Source: Takakia lepidozioides (Eukaryota > Plantae > Bryophyta). From it: a stretch of 64,000 nucleotides of DNA. Where the stretch lies: contig CM060733.1 in NCBI GenBank assembly GCA_030704615.1, forward strand, positions 37,014,001 to 37,078,000. Direction: 5' to 3'. How positions within the stretch are numbered: the stretch's first letter is position 1; each line of letters opens with the position of its first letter. The position numbers and the translations under genes were made by a program. The notes below the pieces were generated by a model. That model did not search any database. It had not been told where the DNA came from and worked only from the letters and a program-made list of their open reading frames with translations. Of this stretch, positions 53,501 through 62,500 are shown in pieces.

Positions 53501-56500
53501 TGCTGAAGTTCGGAAAGGAGTAAAGGGCTCTCGCTTTTTTGTTGTTTTTCGTCTTGCAACTCGACAGAGCCCTTACAGGTTGGCAGTATTTCTAATTTGA
53601 AAACTAAATTCATATCCGTAGGATTGTTCACATGATGGCTCCCACGGTTATAATTTCCTCCTTTCCTTCCCCTTGTCTGCTTTGAAAGTGGAGAATGCTG
53701 CAGATCAAACTTTACATGCAAAAAACCACTCACAGCTTTTCATATTTTAGTGTTGGTCTGATTTTCGACTTCCTTCTTTCTCATCTCAGACACTGAGGTT
53801 ACGCAGCACCTATAACAGTTGCTTTTGAAAAACATACAGGGTTGAGAATCGCTCAGCAGTCTTGCCCTTCAGGTTCCGCCAAGCGGGCAGCTGTAATGAA
53901 TCCTGGCAGCTGTTGACTCCTGGTTCAGCTGCATCTTTTGCGTGGGAGGATCTGGGCCTAGAGCATTTGCTGGAAATGTTAGTGGATGGATGTGAACCTG
54001 TGACTTCAGTCAAGTACAACATTGACGAGTTGGTAGATTACCAGCCAACGCCCACAGTGCGGGGAGGCCCAGTTGCTGCACTCCAAGCGAAGGTTTTTCA
54101 AGAGGGGATGCTGAAAGTTATCAGAGTGGCCGACTGGAAACCGAGCAATGAAGACTTATCAATTGTAGCCGTTGGAGTATCAACAAATCCCTTGCACCAA
54201 GAACCTATCTCTCTCTTGCAGGGTTTTGAAAACCAATTTCACACAATTATTGAACTGGCAGAGTTCGGGCTTTCCATCATCGACCACACCCCTGAAGAGC
54301 TACTCTATGTTTCCATCCAGAATCTTGTCCTTTCTTTTGCAACTGGTTTGGGATCAGGAACAAAGCGGTAAGTTCCCTGCTAATCAGATACCTTTTCGGC
54401 CATTTCTCTTTAATGAGGGGCCACAAGGCTACGGCAAACAATGTCGTACGAGTACAATCTCCTTAATGAGGTATTATCCCAGAAGAATTGACCTTTCTAG
54501 ATGAAGCTGACCTGGAGGTTGCAGTGTCTAATGCCATGATGGGTGCCCCAAGATTGTCCGATGAAAATGAAGTTGGGCATAAAACTTCCCTGAACTTTCC
54601 AGTCTGTTTCCAGTCCTTAAGGATGATCTGAAGCGCATACCTACCCACGGCACTAGAGTGAAACTAAAACTGAGGGCAGGAAGCCTATCTTTGAACAATA
54701 AACAAATGCACAGAGGAAAAGGAGATTGTAACTGCCCAATGTGCAGGCAGCCTGAAGACAATGGGCATATCACACACATCAGGTTGATGCTTGTGTGAAG
54801 GGCTTTCTAGAGGATATCTGGAAAACCTGACCTAATTGTCTTTATGAAGCTTAGTCAACTACTGGGTGAGCTCTCCATTAAGGTATTTCTGCCCATACCG
54901 GGCGCAGGGTTATGGCATAAGGCTATGACAAACAGCAGCCTATATGATCACATTCTCTTCAATGAGGGGCTACAGGAAAATGGAGCAGTTTACGCAGCAA
55001 GCACAAATATAACCCAAGGGTTTGGGTAGAGCTGGTAATAAATTTGACAAGAACACAAGGGTTTTAAAACAAGTCCAAGGACAACTGCGTTTTGAAATTG
55101 TTAGGGAACAATGGGGGCCTACATGTTGTCGTTGTCATCGTCGTGAATGGATGGACATACAATCACTAAATGTCTTTTTCAGTAGAATGTCTTGGAACTT
55201 TTGAACAAACAGTTCAAGTACAATTCTGGAAAGTAGGATGCATGAAATAAGATTGTTACAGACTTTTAGAAGTAAGATCAACCATTTTTCTGAATACAAT
55301 ATGCAGAAGGGAAACTGTTCAGACCTAATCTTAGGTAGGAATTCTTTTTTCTCTAGCATATCCGTATCCACAACAAGTGCTCCTTTCTTCACAACCTCCG
55401 CTGCTCTGTGTATAGGTTGAAGATGCGTTTGGACAATCTTCAAGTTGACTGCCAGCTTCCATTGACTCCAATGCCCGTTCTGTTCATAGCACAAGAATCT
55501 GGGCATCGTGACTTTCTCTTGAAATGCACCATAACCGAGCAAGACATTGGAGTGCCAGATTGCTCCATATACCCATACATTGGCATACAGGTCCACCATC
55601 TTCCTTCATGTTTCACTTGTTTTGGTACTGGGTATGGTAATTTGGTTCTGGTCAATGACACTGAAAATAGTTAATCTTATCTTAGAAAGTCTTTGGGTTG
55701 TTCAGAGGCCTTGAAGTCTGCAGTTGCCATTGTGTGCATCCCATTTAGCAGATATTATGGCTGTTTCGCAGGGTCCCAGTGTACCTAATGTATCCTTCCT
55801 TGTGAACATCCACGAACCAATCATTTGGCGCCTGCATGAAATGTTTTGGCGGCTGAATCTGGGCCGCTTAAGAAGCAGCCAAACCACAGCTGTTGCGGTT
55901 GACCCCATCATTCGTATAGGGTAAGGCTTCCAATGGCTTTCACACGTCCTTTACATTGAATGTTATTGTGCTAATGTCAATAGCACCAGAAGGTTATCTC
56001 ATTGTCTCAGTTGCTTGTGTTTTGATACAAAGCATCAAGGAGTTGGGCTAGGGGGTTTCAGCTAATAATCAGAAAACTAGGGAGAGGAAGCAAGCGACAG
56101 AGAGTTGCATTGAGTCTTTCGGTTCTACCTTCGACTTCAAGAAGGCTCAGTGGCTTCAGTATTATGACTAGTGAAGTATGGAAGGAAATGAAATGAAATG
56201 AAATGGTGCTTTATAACGTCTGCGGAAAGCTCGTAGAGCTTATGGGACAAAATGGAAGAAAACATGAGAGAGGAACAAATCCAGAAACCACAATTAATGT
56301 TCTAGCGATTGTCTAAGGGTGAAGGCCTCGTGTAGGTAGGCTGCCAAGCATTTTTGATCCTCATAGTGAAGGAAGAAGAGATCAATCTGAACTTTCCTTT
56401 TTTTCTTGGAAGGCTTCTCCATACCTCTGAGATTCACTTCAAGGTTACTCTGGCAATGGCCCCGGCACAACGGCCTCGTGGGATCCTTGGTTTTTGGTCA

Positions 56501-59500
56501 ACGCTGATTACGTCTCTTGGCAACACCGACGAAATGCCGGTATGTTGACCTCAAGTTCGCCACTGGCCATGCAGATTTCCCTTCTAGCACTGCAGGCAAC
56601 ACCCTAGCCCCACATAGTACTGTGTCTTTCCCAGGTGCCCTCTGGGCGTCCTTTGGACCGAATAAATATCTTTCTCCTTTCTTCTCGTTATAAAGTACCA
56701 TTTCATTTCATTTCCTTCCTTCTCTTACATTCAAACTCGTCCTCTCTCTATAAGCTGCACTGTTCCATATTGTCTCCATCCGAGAGGTCCAATTAGTTGG
56801 AATGAGATTGCTCTCCATTGCTTGAACTTTGCTCCCTAGCCTGAAGTATTTTCAGGCCTGGGAATTATCTTCCAGCCTAGACGACCAGCATGTAGCCCCG
56901 TGGTAAGGGCATATACCCTCTCACGAGTGGTTGTGGGTTCAATCCACCTGTTGGAAGTCATTACGGTGTCCACCTTCCCACCGGAAGGCAGTAGCCCTAT
57001 GGGGTCAAGTGACACCATAAGTTACACTTGCTTCGACAACGCGTCCACCTTTTCCTTTTTTTATCTTCAGCCTGTAGTAATTACATAGGCACCTGGTTCT
57101 AGGCTAAGACGGTTGCTTGTGGAAGAAAGAAAATTTCCAGAAACTCCATCTGGAAGACGATTATACCTACTCATTACGACAGCAATTAGCTCCTTGTCTT
57201 TGTATCCACCAGGAATGACTTCAAGAGCAACTGTTAGTCGCATGAACATTTTAATAGTGTTTGGTGATACTTCCCGCTTTCCTTTCTGGCTTGTTCTGGC
57301 TGTATGGATTGAGAATTACTTTTAACTAAGTGGAAATTGGGGCAGATTCGCATCACTCCTCGTGTCCATGAGGATGTGTCAATGCGGCGGAGTGCCTTGT
57401 GGGCTGCGACATATGCCAGTATACGGAATGATTTGCTAAGTCAGCCATTCCTATTGCTAACTGGCGTTGACATACTTGGAAACACAAGCAGTGCTTTGGG
57501 GAATATGAGCAAAGGTGTGGCTGCACTCTCTATGGACAAAAAGTTTATCCGAGGTCGCCAGAAACAGGTGAGGATGATAGGAGTATCAGGATGAGAATAG
57601 ACATTGTTGAGTACAAAGACTGAACACATCAGAGCATACAAGGGCATGTTATTATTTTCATCTGCCTGACTAGTCTGTCAACAAGTTTGTGAATAGATTG
57701 AGATAGAGATACGTGCTAGATCACTGACTTGAGATTGAAATGGCTGGACGAATCAAGGCAAATGTGGAGGACATAGGTGATGGAATCCGTGAGGGAGGGG
57801 AGGCCCTGGCCAAAGGCTTGTTCCGGGGAGTGACAGGCATTGTGACCAAGCCATTTGAAGGTGCCCGGTCATCAGGCATGGAAGGGTTTCTACAAGGTGT
57901 GGGGAAGGGGGTTATTGGGGTTGCTATTCAACCTATGAGTGGAGTTTTAGATTTGCTGTCCAAGACGACAGAGGGTGCTAATGCAATGCGCATTAAGCTG
58001 GCTGCCGCCATCACATTAGAGCAGCAGCTCTTGCGGCGCCGATTGCCCCGTGCAATTGGAGGTGACAATGTGCTTCGTCCATTCGATGCATATAAGGCTC
58101 GAGGCCAGGTACTCGCACCATGTTTCTCCATCCCACCTTGAAGGATGCAATGATTCCGGCATAGCATTGGAGATTCACATTTGTGGGATGCTACCTTTTC
58201 TCTTTTGAAGCTTGCAAGTATCAAGCCAAGGGCCATGCCTGGGAAGGCCTTGCATTGTTGCAAAGCAAGAAGCATCCTTTTAGGGGTCATGGAGTCATCA
58301 GAACATTACAATTGTAATTATACAAAGGTCTCCTAAAAAACAATCAGCAGCAGAATCCAAAGATCTTCAAGATGGAATATCCAGATTAGAGATTCAACTG
58401 GTCACGTAATGTGTTGCTACCTGGGGGCTTTCGAGTCCTTGAGGGAGATTTGGGCAACCTTGTTACCCCGATTACGGCTGCTAGAAGGTTTCCACCTTCC
58501 CAACGGAGGCAGTAGCCCCTCGGGGTGAAGTGACCCTATAGTTTATGCTTGCTTCAGCAGGAGTCAACCATTTTCTTCCAGTTAGACATTGGAATTGGTT
58601 GGATCCCAAGTAGGCAGCCCACCACGGAAAGGTTATATCTGTTTTTTCCATATCACAATGGTCTCAGAAATTCCATCGGGGTTGTTCTGGTTCTTTCCAT
58701 TGACAGAAATGCTACATTGCATGGAACTTGGGAAACCTGTCTCACTCCTTTTGGGAGGCTCTTTATTTATGCAGAGGACTGGCTTTAGGAAGTGAGAAAA
58801 TGACCAAAAGCCTTGTGGGAAGGAGTGATTATGCCACAGAAGTGTTGTGCAACGTAATTGACACCTTCATATGTAGTACCAGCTTTCAAGAACCTGTAGG
58901 TGAAACAGAAGAGTATACGGCTGAATGTGACCAATATATACATTTCTCACCATTAGTCAGTGATATGGAGCGTATGCCAATGAGCTTCTGGCTAATGGGA
59001 CTGAACATCCAAAGATTGTAACATCAAGAACCATCAAGGTGGTAAGAAAGCCTTGTAGCCAACCAGTGACGAAACCCTGCACCAAGTATCAGGTCCTGGT
59101 GTTCTGCAGGATTGGAAACTGATGCTATTCCACATTTCCTGACAATTCATAATCATTGACTATACTAGCAGATCATATAATGGTCAACTAGTTTGAAAGA
59201 CATTTTGAAAAGGAACATTGTGACCTGTTGATTGAAGTAGCAGGCCTCACACGGTAGTTGGTGGGTGTGCACAGGTGTTGATGCAATTAGCAGAGCAGGG
59301 CACGATATTTGGACCTATGGATTTCTTCCGTGTGCGTGGAAAATTTGCCATGTCAGATGCTTATGAGGATCATTTCAACCTTCCCAAGAGCCGGACTCTA
59401 ATGATCACTCACCGTCGTGTAATCTTGCTTCAAGTGAGTTGCTGGGTCCAACTACATATGTAACATTATCGTATGATATCTATTATATTTCACTGAACCT

Positions 59501-62500
59501 AATTAAGTATGTTTGTGGTATTATTATTTTAAATTTATACATAGGTCGAATACTTAGACTATATATATTGATAGTGACCACATATATAATGGTCACTACT
59601 TGGTAAATTTATGTTGTTGTTTGGGTTAGTTCTACCCGCTACCCACTCTCTTGTTTTTGGAGTGGGCCAAATTACAGGAAACACGTTTCGAAACATCTTT
59701 GAGGGATAGAACTAATCTTGTATTCGTCCATTTGTAACTTCGGTCCCTCCTCAGCTTTTGTAATATCGTCGAGTTCAGATAAGCCAACTGTACTCCAGTC
59801 GTGCAGCTGGAGTCGGTAACCCTATGGAAATGTACTGAGTAGAAGAGACGGAAAACAAGAGATGAAAATGTTTCACCAACCTCAATGCAGTACTCATTCT
59901 GGACAGTTATCCTCCCTATGTTGTTTTATGCAGCATCCAACAAGTCTAATGCAGCAGAAGAAGCCTGACTTGCTGAAGGAACCATGCACAGTGACATGGA
60001 ATGTAACCTGGGATGAGCTGATGACTTTAGAGCTGGCCCTTGCAAAGGAGGAGCCCTTGCACTTACCCCCATCTCGACTCCTCATTCATCTGCGCAATTG
60101 GTCCCAGGACTCCCGGCTTTTTGACTCGAAAGAAATTGCACGACTTGTGAACTGCCACCCAGGCACCAAGCAGGCAGTTGAAATACGCGCTGCAATTCAG
60201 CGAGCTTATGACTCTTATGGACCTGGCTCCCCTACAATTCCAGCCCAGGTATGACCACCAACAGCTTCCTCACTAAACTTCTTTGTAGGGGAAAGAGGGG
60301 GAGGGAAGAAGGTATCAAACAACAGAAATGAGATGAAATGAAAATGGTACTTTATAACGTCCGCGGAAAGCTCAAGGGACAAAATGGAAAAAAACATACA
60401 AAACCAGAGCCAAAACAAATACTGCTCGAGGGATTGTCTAAGGGTGAAGGCCTCGAGCAGGTAAGCTGCCAAGCATTTCTGATCCTCATAGTGGAAGACT
60501 ACAGTGGGAGATTGAGTTCCGCGGAATAGACAGTGCAGTCTCCCACGGATCTTGTAATATAGAGGGCAATAAAAGAAGAAGTGTTCTTCAGTTTCAATTT
60601 CCTGGTTGCGCCCTGTGCAAGCTGCGCATAGGCGGTCCTCCCGTTGCAGGTTTTCCCATCTGCCAGTCTCTATCCGTCCCACCCTGAACCGCCCCAATGC
60701 CCTCAGAAGGGAAGGAGATAAAGGCGCCGAAAGATAATTGGGCCGCAAGATTCTATCATCTTGGAGAACCAAGAATGTCTCTCGGTAGAAATGGAGCGTT
60801 GTTGTGAGATTGGGTAGCTTCCAAGTTCTCCTGACATGTAGTCCATAAGCTACCTTCTAATGAGTGTGTTGTGATCCTGTTTGGATGTGATGTCCACCCC
60901 TTCTGGATTCTCTGGCAATAGGGAAGCAATAGAGAGTCCATTGTGCTCAAGAAAACTGCACACTCGAGCATACCACGAGGGCTTGAAACCTGCTGTTTTG
61001 AGCCTAATAGGCTGCCTAGTTTTCCATAACCCTCATAGACTTCTCCCAGGTGGCGAGAAGTTGTGAGGAGCCATCTCCTGGGGATCTATGAGGGAAGTGC
61101 CTTGATTTTGGGGCAGTCCCAGTTGATTTGGCCACATCAGTGCTGTAAAACTTGTCCTCCCAAGGAAGTAGAGCTTTGCAGCGTCTTGACCCTAATTTCG
61201 TCTCCCACAGAATGTGAGCACCCACTCACCACAAGCGATGCTGATGGGACTTCATCCTACCAACGTTGCACGCTTGGCAGTCCATGGCTGCCTCATTTTG
61301 AAGCTGCACAAGCCCATTTGAAAATTTCACTCTGTGCAAGTCAGAGAGCGATTTGCATTCTATTTTGGGTGCTGTCCAAGCCCTATTCTAGAGTCAATTC
61401 CCCTCTAAATGTGGGGATTTTATTTTTATTTTTATTTTTTTTCTCTATAAAAATTTGAACAGTGATCAGCGCCCTGGAATTCCTGAAGTTGGCTGCAAAA
61501 TGGTCAATGTGGTCATACAAATGGACTATTTTAAGGAAAGCAAACAATGCTATCCTCTACCTTGCATGAATCTCCAAACAGTTGTGTATGTGAAGGCGTG
61601 GTCCTAGTTTCCCTGTGACAGCCATTGCCACCTCCATTCAGCTGTATCCATAATCTAGCCCCCCAAAGAAGCAAATTGAGAAATGTAAATTGTCAATAGC
61701 TTGGAGGAGGCAGGAACCTTCTTACCTTTCAAAGCATCGCCAGAATTCAGTTTTAACATAGGGGAGGGCCAGTTGGCACGCATTCTCCCAGGCAAGTTCT
61801 TAATCACCCTCTCACAGAGCAGTCAACCCACCATCATCGACATTGTCATGATTTATTGGATTTAGTTCAACCTCCTGTTCTCCATTCCTGCACCCAGCAC
61901 CTTCAAGGGTGGAAATTGTGAGGGCAAAGGAAGTCATTAATCTTCATGGGATATCGATGCTAGAATCTAGAATCTGTTGTTTGGACCAGTAGACAGCTAC
62001 TAGCCTTTGTCAGCTAGGTCTTAGAACTCAGTAGGAATTCAGGTCAGCTGGCCTAGCTCCTATGACCAACATGCTTCAAATGGCTGTGTCCGGAGGCACT
62101 CGTACAATAGACCCCTCTCATGCAGCCCCTTGTAGGTGAGGAATCCAATCATCTTCGTCCTGATCGATTGCGGATGTGGCTCGCAGGGAATGTCCTCAGC
62201 AAGAAAGCCATATGCAGGTGCAGGGGAGGGTGCTGCATCTGGGGCTGCTCTTGGACTTTTGGCAGGGCCAGCAGCTCCGATTGCTGTACCCGTAATGGCA
62301 ACTTTTGGGGCATTGATAGGGACAGCAAGCCAGGCAATGCTTGACACTGAGAGTGAGCTGCTAGCCCGATCAGAAACTCGTGATTATCATCTCTCCAGCC
62401 CTAATGATCACCTGAAGAGTCCAATGGAGGGAACAACTGGGAGATTTATCGCTGACTTTCACCTGATGTGGTGGGATAAGGTGAGGAATCATCACAAAAC

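Noticed and set aside
56888-56950. tRNA gene
   Set aside because: No complete acceptor or anticodon stems; treated as a SINE head.
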